Shown here: piece after piece, positions 38,376 to 52,310 of the stretch
How the letters are laid out: every line of letters starts with the position of its first letter
Position numbering within the stretch: position 1 is the first letter of the stretch
From: Octopus sinensis
Lineage: Eukaryota
Assembly: GCF_006345805.1 (NCBI RefSeq)
Contig: NC_043007.1
Coordinates: 65,844,001 to 65,908,000, forward strand
DNA: 64,000 nucleotides
Direction: 5' to 3'
The notes under the pieces: model-generated
Told to the model about the DNA's origin: nothing
The model's database searches: none
What the model saw: only the letters and a program-made list of their open reading frames with translations
Program-made: the position numbers and the translations under genes

Positions 38376-38566
38376 CAATTTATATTCCTGTATGTTATAT
38401 ATTGTAATAATTACTAGTATCTTTATATATTATATATGTAAAGCATAATGTTATACATGTTGTAATTGTTGTAATTGTCATTTTAGTAAATAAATAAATA
38501 AATTGACATAATATAATGTCTAAAACTTCATGAATACCACCTATTGATCCCCTTCATTTTCTTATT

Positions 38567-38635
<69 letters not shown>

Positions 38636-39783
38636 GTATGTATATATATTTAAAAGTCTAGGCAGATATCAATAAAGTACTCAGTTTTAAACGAATTTGG
38701 TTAACTATATCCAACAATCAGAAACCAATAAATGCAAGTAGAATACAGATCCAAAGTAATTCCTCGTGTATGACAAGTAGATCCAAATATAATTTAGAAT
38801 GAATTATTTTGAGAAATTTAGAGTATAGGACAACAAAAATACGGATAGAGAAAATCACATTTTTAATTGTGGGATTTACTAAACAAAACCGACGATCGTT
38901 TCTATTGCCTCGACATATTTTGATGCAGAAAATACCATTCAAATTGATATATCCGAGAATACAATGCAATGTTTTCAAGGTGATCCAAAATGAATGAAAA
39001 TTCAAAGTGAACTAAGAATGTATTTCCAGTACACGAACGCATACAAAAAGAACGTTAAGAAGAAATGTTATCTCAGAAAAGCTATTTCTGTATCCAACTC
39101 TTGGTGATGTCAGTGGATAACGAAAGAATGAAAAATAAACAGGAATTCTACGTTACGACCATTAGAAACAGAGAGATTTTATGTCACGACAATTAGTTAT
39201 CTTTTTATCAAATACACTAAACTGTTTTTTTTTAGAAAAAATATGATAATCTCTTATTATATTATATAATAAATGAAAACAATTATAATTAAGAATTGAA
39301 ATATTTAAATGCCTTCCGCAATTTGAGACAATATTTCATTGTAAAATTCCTATTAAAATTTAATGATAATAATTGAGAAGTAATTATATAATGCACTTTT
39401 TCAGGGCAAAGATCACAGGTAGGATTACAAATATTGTACGACTGTGCGTAACTAATACTAGATCATACTTAATGTTCTTATCCTTTATATCTCAAATGCA
39501 TTTCCTAAGATTTCTAGAATTACCTTTTCTTCTATACTTAAATGAATGAGAATGATTATAAAATAAATAGTTACGAACTGTGGCAGATGAATCTATGTAA
39601 TAATACTTATGATGCCCTGCAATTACCTTACATTGGTACACTATATTTTTCCTTAAACATTGATTTTCTAAAGAACAGACAATTTTTTTTTACAATTACA
39701 CAGGTATTTATTCACTTGTATTTGGTACTCATAGTTAAATAATTCCTACTAATCCTCATCTCAGAATTAGGTATTAAGGCAGA

Positions 39784-39851
<68 letters not shown>

Positions 39852-40199
39852 CTCTACGTGGTTTGTAGAGCTACTAGCAATAGCAGCGAAATGCACTTCA
39901 GATCACACCTACCTCTCTTGAACAAGGAGAAGACACGTTCAACACTGTAGTCACTAATTCCTCTAAAAGAGAGAATGGTTTCTCATAGCTGGAACCCATA
40001 AAACCCGTGTGTGCTCGATCAGGGTAAACCTGGAACTAAGTAACAAAAACAACGAAAAAAACAATGAAAGAGACAAAAATAACATCTACTACAACCACCA
40101 CCTCTACCACGGACAACAACATACCATCACTAACCCTGACATCATAAACAACAATAAAGTTGACAACAACAACAACAACAGAAACAAAATGCCAACAAA

Positions 40200-40602
40200 A
40201 AATATTAGTTTCAAATTTAGGAACAAGGCCATAAATTTGGGTGGAAGAGAAAGTCGACTTCATGGACCCCTGTTCTCAACTACTTATTTTATCGACCACG
40301 AGAAGATGGAAGGTAAAGTCGGCCTCGCTGGAATTTGAACTCAGAACATAAAGACAGACGAAATACCAAATTTCTTTACTACCCACAAGGGACTAAACAC
40401 AGAGAGGACAAACAAGGACAGACAAACAGATTAAATCGATTATATCGACCCCAGTGCGTAACTGGTACTTAATTTATCGACCCCGAAAGGATGAAAGGCA
40501 AAGTCGACCTCGGCGGAATGTGTACTCAGAACGTAACGGCAAACGAAATACTGCTACGCATTTCGCCCGGCGTACTGACGATTCTGCCGGTTCGCTGCCT
40601 TA
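40200..40602 (-). mobile_element. Dimeric SINE family B, same junction as 15843-16250
   Basis: Same linker and the same re-entry point GGTATTT(C/T)GTCTGTCTTTA. Confidence 0.88.
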
Positions 40603-41300
40603 ACCAGGAAGAAAATTAACACCAAAAGGAAGTGACATGCACAATTGTACCAACAAAAACTTAAATAACCATGTTAACAACAACATTGACAACATGAATG
40701 ACAGCAACAGCTACCAAAACAGTCCAATGTTAACGTTAAACACAGCATAAAATAATGACAAAACCATTTGCAACAGCGGCAAAAACGTTATGATGAAATA
40801 ATGAAAAAAATCATTTAGAAAGAAATGCGTATATTCTACATCAGGGTAGAATAGAAGATGTCCCATAAGTGAATGTAGTGACACTCATACTTTCCGCGTT
40901 AAAAGAGGCGTAAAACGATTTTGGATCGAGTAAAATAACATTCTTCGAATTTACATACAGAAATTGAGAAATGCAAAAGCCACCACTACAATCATCACCC
41001 ACTCCACTCTCCCTCTTCTTCTTCCTCCTCCTCCTCCTCCTCCTCTTCCACCTCCTTTTCCTCTTCATCCCCTCCTCCTCCTCCTCCTCCTCATGCCCCT
41101 CCTTCTCTTCCTTTTGCCCCCTCCTCCCTTTCAACTCATCCTCCTTCTCTTCCTCTTCGCCCCTCACCCCCCTCTTCATCCCCTCCTCCTTGTCCTCCTT
41201 CTCTTCCTCTTCGCCCCCTCCCCTTCCTCCTCTCCACCCCTTCCCTCCCTTCCTCTTCTTCTTCCCCTCCTCTCCCTCCTCTTTCCCCTCCTCATCCTTG

Positions 41301-41369
<69 letters not shown>

Positions 41370-41759
41370 CACTACTACTACAGTGACAGCAATCGGAACA
41401 TCAAAACCGACAACTATGATATACACATAAATATTGTAAACTCAACTGGGACTAAACGACGACGATAATAACGACAGCTATAATAGCTTGACAATATTTA
41501 TATTTCCACGTGGTGCTGGAAGGAGGCCCCTACCACGAAATTTAACAGCTCAGAAGTGAACATATGACAATGGAAATACTGGCAGATATCTGCAGTCACT
41601 TAGAGGAATTGCCGTTTGTTCAAGTATTTACTGCAGCTTAAATAATTTGCTCAACTGTCCGTTAATCATTGACCCCTTTCTTATACCTTCCTTCCCAGAA
41701 CATCAGTCCTTCGGAATTTTCTCTCTGCCTATATTTTTTCTCTCGTATGTGTCGTTCAA

Positions 41760-42220
41760 GAACATCAACTTCATAGACTTCCTATCAGTCTTGAAGGATT
41801 TGCGAGAGTCATGAAAACACTCCCGTCTTCAAGAACAAATAAATAAAATGTATATAAAAAAGTAACGAACCAAATCATCGGTTTCAAGTCCAGTACGAAG
41901 CTATATTTCTTTTCTTTTATATCTAATGCCCCCATGAAGGTCGTGAATTCTGTACCTTCCAATTTACAATTTCCTTAATTTGGTGAATTTGCCGGTTAAT
42001 GCCCCCACATGGCCCTTTGGTGCCTCGAATAAATCCAGACACTTAGATCCGATTTTCTGTCCGAGAATATGTCAATATATTGATATGCTACCTCCTACAG
42101 CAGTAACTTATAGTGTGTCGTTCTTTCCCTCACTTATTTTCACCACCAGGCTCTTAGGTCCACAGGCCTTCAGGCACCTCGCCTTTGTTGGCACCTCGCT
42201 TTTGACTAAACCATAGAAAT
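41760..42220 (-). pseudogene. Possible decayed L1/Tx1-type ORF1 remnant
   Basis: Coding-like, non-repetitive and frameshifted (EGLWT.., FIRGTKGP.., GTEFTTFMGALDIK). Only loose similarity to the 50.9-kb ORF1. Confidence 0.3.
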
Positions 42221-42312
42221 AAACTCTAAAGAAATCAATCTCGTGAAGTCTTTAAAGGCAGTGATTGGTAGAAGCGGTAGTTGATCGGGCAGAATGACTT
42301 ACTATATTAAGT

Positions 42313-43395
42313 TACGGGTGTCGGCTGAAAAGTTCATAAGCTGATCAAGATAATCTCATGGAATGTGACCAAATAAGGTTTATTCTTCAACATAATCTCT
42401 CTTACAATCGACACACTTCTTCCGTCGGTGTCACAGTGCTTGGATCCCTCGGTGACGAAGCTTTCATTTTGTTAGTAAAAATGTCATAAACAGCAGATAT
42501 GATGTATTCACACTGTGATACTGGTTCCCAGCCAACTATTGTATCATGTTGGGGAACAGATGATAGTCAGTTGGGGCCAAATCAGGAGGTTAGGAGGGTG
42601 ATCAACAGCAGCCACTGAAACCAAGGGTTTGTGTGCTGGAGCATTGTCTTGAAAAAAAACGCCCTTCATCAGTTTTCCTGGCCTTGATAACCTTTCGTAA
42701 CTGCCTCATCAAGTTGACACAGTACTCACCATTGATGGTGTGGCCCTTTTGAAGATAAATATAATGCCATTTACATTACCCCAAAACGCTGAGGCCATCC
42801 CTTTGATGAAACGTGTTTGGCCTTCTTTGGAGCAGGTGAGGAGGGATGTTGCATTGCACGGATTATCACTTTGTCTCTGGCACAAAGTGAATCCAACAAT
42901 CATCTCAGGTTAGGAAATATTTGAGGAAACCAGCATGATCTCAAGCAACGTGTGATCTTGTGATGTGATCATCCTGGTGCGCTTTTAATGAGGTGTCAGA
43001 AGATGAAGCCTCCTCCGAGCAGAAACCTTCATCATACCAAGTTTATTGTGCAGAATATTCTTATCTCTCTCTCACTGGCTATTTGATTGATAGTCAGTCG
43101 CTTGTCATCCCTCATCATGTGGTGAACACAATCAATATTTTCCTCGGTGGTGGAAGCTGCAGGACGTCCAGACATTGGGTTATCTTCAAGACTCTCCGTT
43201 TCCTTACTAAATTCAGCTGCTCACTTTTGCGCTGTTGATAAAACTAGAGCGTCATCATGTAATGTAGCAACCATGTTAGCATGAATTTGCTGGAGGCTAA
43301 GCCCTTTTTTCTGCATGTACTTGATAACACCAGGGTGCCAAATTCTGTCGATTTTCGCTACTAGTTACTTTTGAAGTCTTCTTTGAACGATCAGA
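42313..43395 (-). mobile_element. Mariner element, near full length, decayed
   Basis: TIR-like TACGGGTGTCGGCTGAAAAGTTCATA at 42313. N-terminus DRIWH.GVIKY.QKKGL..IHA.MVATL..SGRP...TTEENID; a PDLAP motif; a KCVD..DYVE-like C-terminus. Confidence 0.88.
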
Positions 43396-43639
43396 TGTCA
43401 GTTTACCTGCAAAGAAGCAATACAGTTAGTAATACAGACTGCGAGCGGCAAGGGAACAGTTTTAAATATATATATAGAAAAAATATCCACAAGAACGAAA
43501 ATCCATCAACTGCAGGTTTGTAATAAACCCATCGGCAGTGTATTGCAGTATGAAAAGCCGATCTGGAATGTGAACAAACAACACAATCGTAATGCAATGC
43601 CATTAGATGAAATACATACTGAATGCTGTGCAAATGTCT

Positions 43640-45770
43640 CACCTGAAACTTATAATATCTAGCGGTTGTTTAAAGACTGACAAATGGGATGGACCTTATA
43701 GTCGGTTTGATTTAGAAGGCTCACATTCTCCAAGACAGCCCTCGTCAACTTGCTCAAAGGAACAACGAAATGTCAGATTGGTTGGCAGATGCATGTATAT
43801 CACTAGTAGTTAAAAGCCGCGAGAAACATCGGGCTAAAATCTAGAGACCCATAGCATGCTTGAATGTGATGTATAAATTATATAAAGGTTATTTGAATGC
43901 CTTCTTCCAGGATCACTGTAAAACATACAATGTAGTGACTGAAGAGCAGGCTGTGGGAACAACTGCTCATGAGCTAAGCAGTCCTTAAAGAAGCGAACAG
44001 CACTGCCGAAATCTGATGCCTGCAGGGCTAGACAGTGAGAAAGCATTTGACTCTATTCTTCACTCATGGATACTTGAGATACTATGCCTTGCTAAGGTTT
44101 CAACTGCTATAGTCAATACCATTAAGAAGGTGACAGTAACACTGTTCTTCCAGCTGTCATTAAGAATTGAAGCTGTTATTAATACTATACTCACTAACAG
44201 AATTAGGCTACCAGCAGAAATATTTCAGGGTGACTGTTTATCTCTAATGTTTTTCATCCAAGCAGTAAACTTGTCAACCCTGTTAAGCAAATGCAGGCAA
44301 TATGACAGGAACTGCATATGAAAGAAAGATTAATTTCACGCCCATCATTTTTGATGATAACTTTAAGCTATACTCGAGTAATATCCATGACAATAAGAAG
44401 CAGTTAGAACTGGCCATAAGGTTCTCATGGGACATGAAAATGGAGTTTTTCCAGTACAAGTCTTTATATTTGGTGCTCAAACGAGGAAATATTGTTGACT
44501 GGGCTAGGAATAAGGATATCAACAGCTTTCTATCACTTTTATCGCTAGTGGGGGATATAGCAAGTACCTCGGAAGAGATGAGAACATTGCATATGAATAC
44601 TTCAGCAGTTTTTGGAAGATATGGAAGAGCTGTCTGCATGCAATAAAACTATGTCCCAGAGTACCTTCGCTGTGGCAGTGGCAATGAGAGTGTTTAAGTT
44701 ACTAGTCTAAATACTTGAAGGAAATCGCAACAGATATCAAATCCAGAAAAATATTAATAACTGGTAACTTCCATATCAGTACACTACAGGATTTATGTTA
44801 AGCGGGTGGATAGAGGTAGAGGCATAAAATGAATACAGATGGTATCTGAATGCCGCATTGAGACAACGCCTACTGAATAGGCTACTGAATAGCAAAGAGA
44901 GAAATTAATACATCCCATCTATATTCAAAAGTAAAGGCAATAACGTAGTAAAATTAGGCAGAGAACTCCAGAACATATACTCCGAGTTTGATGTGAATCT
45001 TGGTTAGCTGGAGTGATACATTTAAATAGAGATATGGAAGAGTAATACCCGTCATACCAGCCGAAAGTAGCATGGAAGGCTATGCCTTTGTTATTTAAGA
45101 ACAGGAGACAGATAATAAATAGCTGATCAATAAAAGAGATAAAGATGCCTTTAGACCTCGGTGCTGTGGTAGAAACTGTCGATTGCATAAAATATTACTC
45201 ATATCATCAATAACTTTACTAAAAATATCTGCAGGAGACGACCGTCTCATAATATCATATTTCATCCTCATGAAATATGATATTATCGCAAGGCGGATTG
45301 TCCTGATTGCCATACTAAAGGTACACCAGAACCAGAGGGTATTCACAACTTGAAAAATAAAGAATACTAGTGGAGCAGTCCAATAAAAACAAGTGTGAGT
45401 ATAACGGGACACATATAATTGTATGTGTTAGGGAACAAAAGTCGTGCGCTATTGTAGAGATTAGCTGCCCAACGGATGTGAATGTTTCTTTAAAAGTTGA
45501 AGACAAGAACATCTTTGGAGAACTACAACTATTTCATCATTTGTTAATATTATCAATGGGTTACATAACAAAAAAGCATAAAAGCCTAGAAATACTTGGG
45601 TTCTACATAAAATAACTGAGTAGACTGATTTGCAGAGAACAAATATAATCAATTAAAGGAATGGTCAATATTTGTAAAACATGTCTAGGATTCTCCATTT
45701 GAAGTTCCTGGATAGATATAGGCACACAATTAATATGCATATGGAATACATATGAATATACATACATAAA
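43640..45770 (+). pseudogene. R4/Dong-like non-LTR retrotransposon, heavily decayed (RT to RLE), same subfamily as 7630-8390
   Basis: RPIACLNVMYKL..EQA; KAFDSILHSW; IFQGDCLS; FDDNFKLY; EGYAFVI*EQE; VEISCPTDVNV; VNICKTCLGF*; then a CATA tail. Confidence 0.88.
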
Positions 45771-46388
45771 GAGTATTGTATTATGGATTTGTCATCTGTG
45801 TATACGTAAAACAACGATAATAATCACAATCCACAAGAGCTGTCTTGACTCAAACAAAGTAGCCTTGCTATGTTGTTAGCCACCGACTTGAATTCTAGAT
45901 CTGGGATTTTCAATAAATGTAAGAATCAGAACAAATTTGTATTATTGAACTGGAAAACATCTCCCTCTCGGAATAAACAAATCCATAACCTTTCCCCATT
46001 GAATTAATTATAACTGTATTTATCCTGATTTTAAATGGTCAAATGGACGTAATGCTTAATTCCTTTATCTCCATATTTCTTTTGCTCTTCTTTTTTCTCA
46101 TTCCACTTCCTTCTTTTACCTTCTTCTTCTCGACCTTTCTCGCTCTTACTCGGATTTTCTTAAGGACCATCCATGTTGTATTTTGTGTCTGAATGATTGC
46201 TTGAAAATACAAGCTTGTCAGACCATTGTATTTTCAAAGCATTAAAGTAATAATAGCTCGCATTTACATCGTGTGTATATCTCGCCCGAGATGGAATGCT
46301 TTTTTGTTATCACACCAATACATGTCTCCCTCTCACTCTCTCTTTTCTTTCTCTGGCTCCTTCTCTCTCTCTCTCTTAATATACACAC

Positions 46389-46438
<50 letters not shown>

Positions 46439-46461
46439 ATGTATGTATGTATGTATGTATG

Positions 46462-46516
<55 letters not shown>

Positions 46517-46517
46517 G

Positions 46518-46555
<38 letters not shown>

Positions 46556-47597
46556 GGTAGATAGATTGAAAGAGAGCGAGAAGGAGAAATAGAAAGAGAG
46601 AGAGAGAGAAAGAGAGTGTGAGAGGAAAAGGCAAAGTGATAGGCCGACCGGTGAATAGATAGGTCTGGTGTGCGTGCGTGGGTGCGTGCGTGTGCCTGCG
46701 TGTGTGTGTGAGTGTGTGTGTATTTGTGTGTGTGTGTGTACGTGTGTGTGTGTGTGCGTGTGTGTGTGTGCGTGTGTGCGCGCGCGTGTGAGTAAAACCT
46801 AAAAACCGTAGCCTTACTGAGAGTAGACTATAGCACATTTCTCGAAATATAAATTATACCGAAATAATATTTGATGTTACTGAACAACAACAACATCAAC
46901 AATAATAATGCTGACACAGAAGCTTCTCTGCGCTCAAAGGAATGTCTAGACATAGCAACCAAATTACCTTCACACAACAGCTTTAAAAATTCAGAAGAGG
47001 TTGGAATATTTTAATAAACTTTTCTTTTAGCTTTCTTCCAATCTCACTTGTGTCATGTAGTTTGTGGAAAGAAAAAAATAGAAACATTTTCTGGCCACAT
47101 GTCTCTATATGTTCGCTCAATGGAATTTGGCGAGCATTGATGTTCTGGATTTGTTGTCTGAGGACTCGCGAGCATTCTGATAATGCATTCTCTGTCTCGT
47201 CTATATATTGTTCTTCGCAAAATAAAAGAAAAACGGTTTATTAAAATGTTCCAACCTGTTCTGAACGGAAATAACAACAATAATGTAACAACCAGTTAGT
47301 GATGTGGACTAAAAAACTTGTCTAACATATGAATATAAAGAAATTCCAGACTATCAGAGCTGAGGGCAAACCATGATGTTTAAGATGCATGCGGATTGGT
47401 CAAAACCGTATTCTAAAAATTCAGCTTGTTGGAGGGTTCTAAGAGGTTGTCAAGACCTCATTTGTCAGTTAAACACATTTGAAATCTGATACATAGGTAT
47501 GAAAGCGCTAATTTAATTTGTGACCATTACAAAAATTTTCTTTTTTTATGTTAAAATACCATAATAATAAACGTGAAAACCAGACTCTGTTTTAACT

Positions 47598-48111
47598 TTA
47601 GAAAATTACTATTTGTAAATATCACAACGAGAGATATTCAGCAACAATACTTTGGAGTAAAGATTATTTGCCAACGTAACATCGCAGTCCTGGTTTAGGA
47701 CGAATATTACTGTAATTTAGCCCCGGGAGATATCGTCTCCAGCTAGCTGTATGACTCGAACTTTGTCCTTATATTTTCGAACAAGGGAATCTAGCACCTC
47801 GAATCAGCTCAAAGCAATATCTGTGTACCGTGATTACTGGGTTATTTCCCTTCATCAGCACAGAATAAATGTTCGGCTGGATGTGGTGCTGCCAAATTCC
47901 CGTTCGAAATATATAGTTTTCAAAGTTACAACTAGTCATTGATCTATAAATTAGAAAATTACTATTAGTAAATCTCACAACGAGAGATATTCAGCAACAG
48001 TACTTTGAATTAAAGATTATTTGCCAACATAACGATGGGGCTAAATTACAGCAACATTCATCATAAACCAGGACTGCCACGTTATGTTGTCAAATAATCT
48101 TTCCTCCAATG
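47598..48111 (-). mobile_element. Non-coding HHR-bearing element: 353-nt unit with an 83-bp direct repeat and a 5' inverted tail
   Basis: Direct repeat 47598-47680 / 47951-48033; inverted repeat 47659-47724 / 48037-48102; HHR at 47821-47863. Confidence 0.75.
47821..47863 (-). ncRNA. Minimal type I HHR with a core substitution (GAAA to GUAA)
   Basis: CTGTG-CTGATGA-A-GGG AAATAA CCC-A-GTAA-TCACGGT-A-CACAG; perfect 5-bp stem I. Confidence 0.7.
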
Positions 48112-48173
48112 TTTTAACTTTATTGAACTGATATACACATTATATACACATTCACACAAAGTCGAAAATATTT

Positions 48174-48206
<33 letters not shown>

Positions 48207-48399
48207 CATATACAAACACACACACGTAAACATATGTACGTCTTTATATGTATATACATATATAAATATGTGTGTGTCCGTGTGTGTTTGTGCACCCACC
48301 TGTAAATAACATATATGCTGATAATATTGTTGCTTTTTGTGTTGTTCTTGTAGATACTTAACATTGAGTTGGCTCTGATTAAGAAGATCGACAATAAAA

Positions 48400-48930
48400 G
48401 CAGGATACAGCAGTGATCTTTTCGTGCCTTTCTGACTTAATTTAGGATAGTATTATTTATCTAATGCATTTTCCAATTTCTTTACTGGCTTTTCCGATGG
48501 CATGCCTGTGTCGATGAATGGTTAAATGACCAAATCCAAGCTTCTCTGCTAGTTCCTCAGCAGTGACGATCGGATTTTGTTCTACCAGGGTTTGCAGGAC
48601 GTCCTCCTCGAGTTCTACATATCTTCCAGGAGAAGGCTCGTCTTCTAGGCTCTAACTTCCGGCTCAGAATTTCTGGAACCACCGTTGACCCTGGATTATG
48701 CTTATTCTCCGATCCTCATATACTGCATTAATATTTCTCGTACTTTCCGTTGCGTTGTTCCCATTATTGAACTAATGAAGTAAAATATGCCGAATATGCA
48801 CCTTTGTTACTTGCATTGTAAAATTGGAAAAAATAATTTAAACTTGAACAGCACTCTTCAAAATTTGCACTAAGAATAAGGACAAGGTAAAATTACTAAC
48901 TGCTTTTACAGCAAGTTGATGCAGGTACTT
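48400..48930 (-). mobile_element. Internally deleted mariner
   Basis: HIRHILL..FNNGNNATES.RNINAVY..QRWFQKF..SLEDEP.PGR..EDVLQTLVEQNP..EELAEKLGFGH (N-terminal HTH), joined to the C-terminal end. Confidence 0.85.
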
Positions 48931-49006
48931 TGTCCTGTTCTCCTCCGATTTTTTAGCTCATGCAGTAGAAAAAACCGCATTATTTATGGGATGACCCATA
49001 AATGTG

Positions 49007-49038
<32 letters not shown>

Positions 49039-49056
49039 TGTATGTATGTATGTATG

Positions 49057-49102
<46 letters not shown>

Positions 49103-49189
49103 TACAAAATATCTATCTATCTGTCTGTCTGTCTGTCTGCGTGTCTGTCTGTCTCCGTGTTTGTCTGTCTCTCTCTCTCTCTCTACATA

Positions 49190-51679
49190 TTCTTATCTTT
49201 CATTTTTTGTTTCAGTCATTTGATTGCATTTATGCTGGTGCACCACATTTAGTCAAACAAATTGCCCCTAACACTTATTATTTGTAAGTCTAGTACTTGC
49301 TCTACCAGTAGCTTTTGCCGAACCGCTAGGTTACGGGACGTAAACACAGTTGTCAAGCGATAGTGGGGGAAAAACACACACACACACACATTCACACACA
49401 CAATCACACACACACACACACACATACACACACACACATATATACGCAGGCTGTTTTCAGTTTTTATCTGCCAAATCCACTCACAAAGCGTTGGTCGGCG
49501 CGAGGCTATAGTAGAAGACACTTGCTTAAATTTGCCACTTAGTGAGACTGAACTCGGAACCATGTGGTTGGGAAGCAAGCTTCTTTATTTAATTATATTG
49601 GCTATAAAGGCCTTACATAGAGATAGGAAGCTGCAGGCTGGGCACAGACATAATGTTATATGAAATGAAAAATGAAAACGATGATTAATCGTTGTTTCCC
49701 GGGAACATTGATCTCTTATATATTGTTCATCAAGCGACAAACCTCTTACATTGTTCACAATATTCAATAACAAAATGAGGCACTAAGCCTCTTAACTTTT
49801 TTCTAAAATAGGAACTTTCAATAACACTGAAGCTTTTCAACCTCTTATCCGTATTCCTCCCAAACATCGCTTGTGACCCCTTCCTCCGCCATCACCCACG
49901 CTTCATTCAAGCACAAGGCGGGTGACGTGTCGGCGTCGCCCGGCCACAAGGGATATTCCTCATTGAGTCCCTGCAGCCTACGCAACACAGGCAACGTTAT
50001 GACTTCCACAGCTATCTGCGGAGGCTATTCGGGATCCCGTGTGCAGGCTAAAGGTACTCCCTATGGTGCTTTTCCAACACCTTCTCCACTACTCCGCCTC
50101 TGTAGAAGAAGAACCAATAATTCGTCTTCCTCCAGGTACGAGGTAGTCACTTCTACTGTCGGCGGCAGAATTCCCACCGACGGTGTCTCTTTCCCTGCCG
50201 GTGGCACAACCCCCGCCGACCACGTTCCAGGACATTCCGGTACTACGTCACCAACTGCCGGCAATGTCCCGTTTCTCTTCCTCTTCCTCTTTTTTTCCTT
50301 CTCACCTAAGGTAGTGTGCATCTCCTACGTGACCGGGAGATTCACCTCCCCTCCCTCATCACTAGGATCCTTCGATGAGAACCCATTGTTCCTCATCTTC
50401 TTCCTCTTGCGGCCTTGTTTGAGGAGTCCTCCGCCTCTTCGGCCGCCTTCATTCCCTCTTCTTCAGCGGTCTCAACCAACTGCTCCAGGACCTTACTTTG
50501 TTCCTGGGGACAGTTTTTCTTTATATGGCAGGGCTCCAGGCACCGATGACACCTGGCGGAGGGGGGGGGGAGATCCTCAAGAATCACCGGGTACTTGCAC
50601 CCGACCATTTTCAAAAAATCTGGAAATACCAGATTTTTGGGTGATTGGGTCCACAGGGTCAAAACCGCTTTTGTCAAATAGCAACTACAACGTTGCATAC
50701 TTGACAACCCCTTGAGATGAATTTAATAGTTGGCAGATACTCTGCCAACTCTTTTTCAAATGCAGTTTTTTAAATAGGGCGATGGTGTCGAGCAACATGG
50801 AGAATGTCCTCAACACCACTGTCCTCTCTTCGAAGTCTTTCAACCACTGTTTGGGTGGTACAATTTCCCACTCCACAACATTGTACTTGTTCTTTGCCAT
50901 TTTTTTAAAATTAAAAGTCCACAAACACTTCAGATAAAAATTCAAAAAAAAAAGAAGGAAGAAAAAGAAAGAAATCAAAAGAAAGTCTCAACATAAAGGA
51001 AGGAAGGAAGAGAAAAGAAAACATTTCAATAAAAAGAAAGTCACAACTAAAAGATAGAAGAAAAGAGAACAACACTTCAAAAAAAAAAAAAACACAACAA
51101 AAAATCTTCTGTCCTCTCGGTACTCCAAGTCTATTCGGTGCTCCAATTTGAACCTGGAACGCTACAACTTGGAACACAGCTTTCACAAAAATTGGTAAAA
51201 GTTGTTGTATCTTCGTTGAAGTCTCACAAAAAAACACTATTCACTAAAAGTGAACAAACTTTGGAAGCGTAATACGCCCCAACAATTCTCGCAATTAAGT
51301 GAGAAAAACACTATTTACTAAGAGTGAATAAGTTTTGGAAGCGAGATACGCCTCCAAACAATAATTCTCATAATTAAGTGAGAAAAAGTATTCACTGAGC
51401 TGCAAGCAGACCAGAGTCCAGAATCCAGTGAGGACTTCTTGTTTGTAAAAAAAATAATTACGGCAAACAACAAACCCCCAATGGACCCAAAAAACAAAAG
51501 TTTTATCTTAGAGTTGAGCTTCTTTTACAATCAATTTTCGTCCGCTGCAAACTAGCGACGACTTCTATTCAATGGTACGAACAACACTGACAACGAAACG
51601 CATGCGCAGTGGGAAGCAAGCTTCTTAACACACAGCAACGCCTGCACCTATCCACACAGCCAGGCCTGCGCCTATACAC

Positions 51680-51680
<1 letters not shown>
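49190..51680 (-). mobile_element. SINE family A copy split by the Tx1/L1-like insertion
   Basis: SINE body 49190-49585 resumes at 51610 and continues to the head. Confidence 0.9.
49586..51609 (-). mobile_element. Tx1/L1-like non-LTR element: 5' UTR, decayed ORF1 with CCHC knuckle, start of ORF2, internal deletion, 3' end; 17-bp TSD
   Basis: TSD TGGGAAGCAAGCTTCTT at 49569-49585 and 51610-51626. ORF1 ATG at 50900 with CHRCLEPCHIKKNC (CX2CX4HX4C). NNVRGL, resembling an APE N-terminus, at about 49765-49738. The end reads ATTAAATA plus AA from the TSD. Confidence 0.85.
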
Positions 51681-51741
<61 letters not shown>

Positions 51742-51770
51742 ACACACACACACACATATACATATATATA

Positions 51771-52310
51771 CAGGGTGCGGTGAATAAATTGACGTGTTAA
51801 TTACGCAAAATTGTAAACACTGACATCACATTTTAAGAGATTTATTTACCAAAATTACATAAAAATATCTTGAAATACTAAAGAGTAAATTTATTCAATA
51901 AAATCGCCATTAGCCTCAACCACGGCCTCCAGACGACATCGGAGCCCCTGTAACTCTTCTGGACAGTGTCCTTGATTTAGTTGCTAAATGCTGCCATAAT
52001 CCTTGCCTTCAGTTCATCTTTGGTGTCACAAGCAGTTTTATTGGTCTCTTGCCCAACTGCAGCCCAAACATAATAATCAAGTGGGTTGCAATCTAGGGAG
52101 TTAAGTGGCCAGATGTTAGGAGTGATATGGTCGCAGAAGTTGTCTGACGGCCATGAATGGATTCTCCTGCATATGTGGCAGACATAGGTCTACCAGCAAC
52201 CTCCCTCTTGATCCAGGGCCGCACTACCTCCTCCGGGCACTTTATGTAGGCCTCTGTGTTGAGTCTGAAACTGTGTGGGAAGATGAATGGAGGCATAACG
52301 TCAGCATAAC
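51771..52310 (-). pseudogene. DD37D/maT-type Tc1-mariner, 3' half with TIR
   Basis: TA|CAGGGTG terminus at 51771. MPPFIFP..LN.EAYI..PWI..; WPLNSLDCNPLDYYVW..ELKARI..EAVVEANGDFIE*. Confidence 0.88.

Noticed and set aside
38718-39005. Hydrophobic 95-aa ORF, superficially GPCR-like
   Set aside because: No convincing DRY/NPxxY pattern; AT-rich sequence yields such ORFs by chance.
49873-50715. Longest ORF (280 aa, plus strand)
   Set aside because: It is the antisense shadow of the GC-rich ORF1 of the minus-strand Tx1/L1-like element; no recognisable domain.
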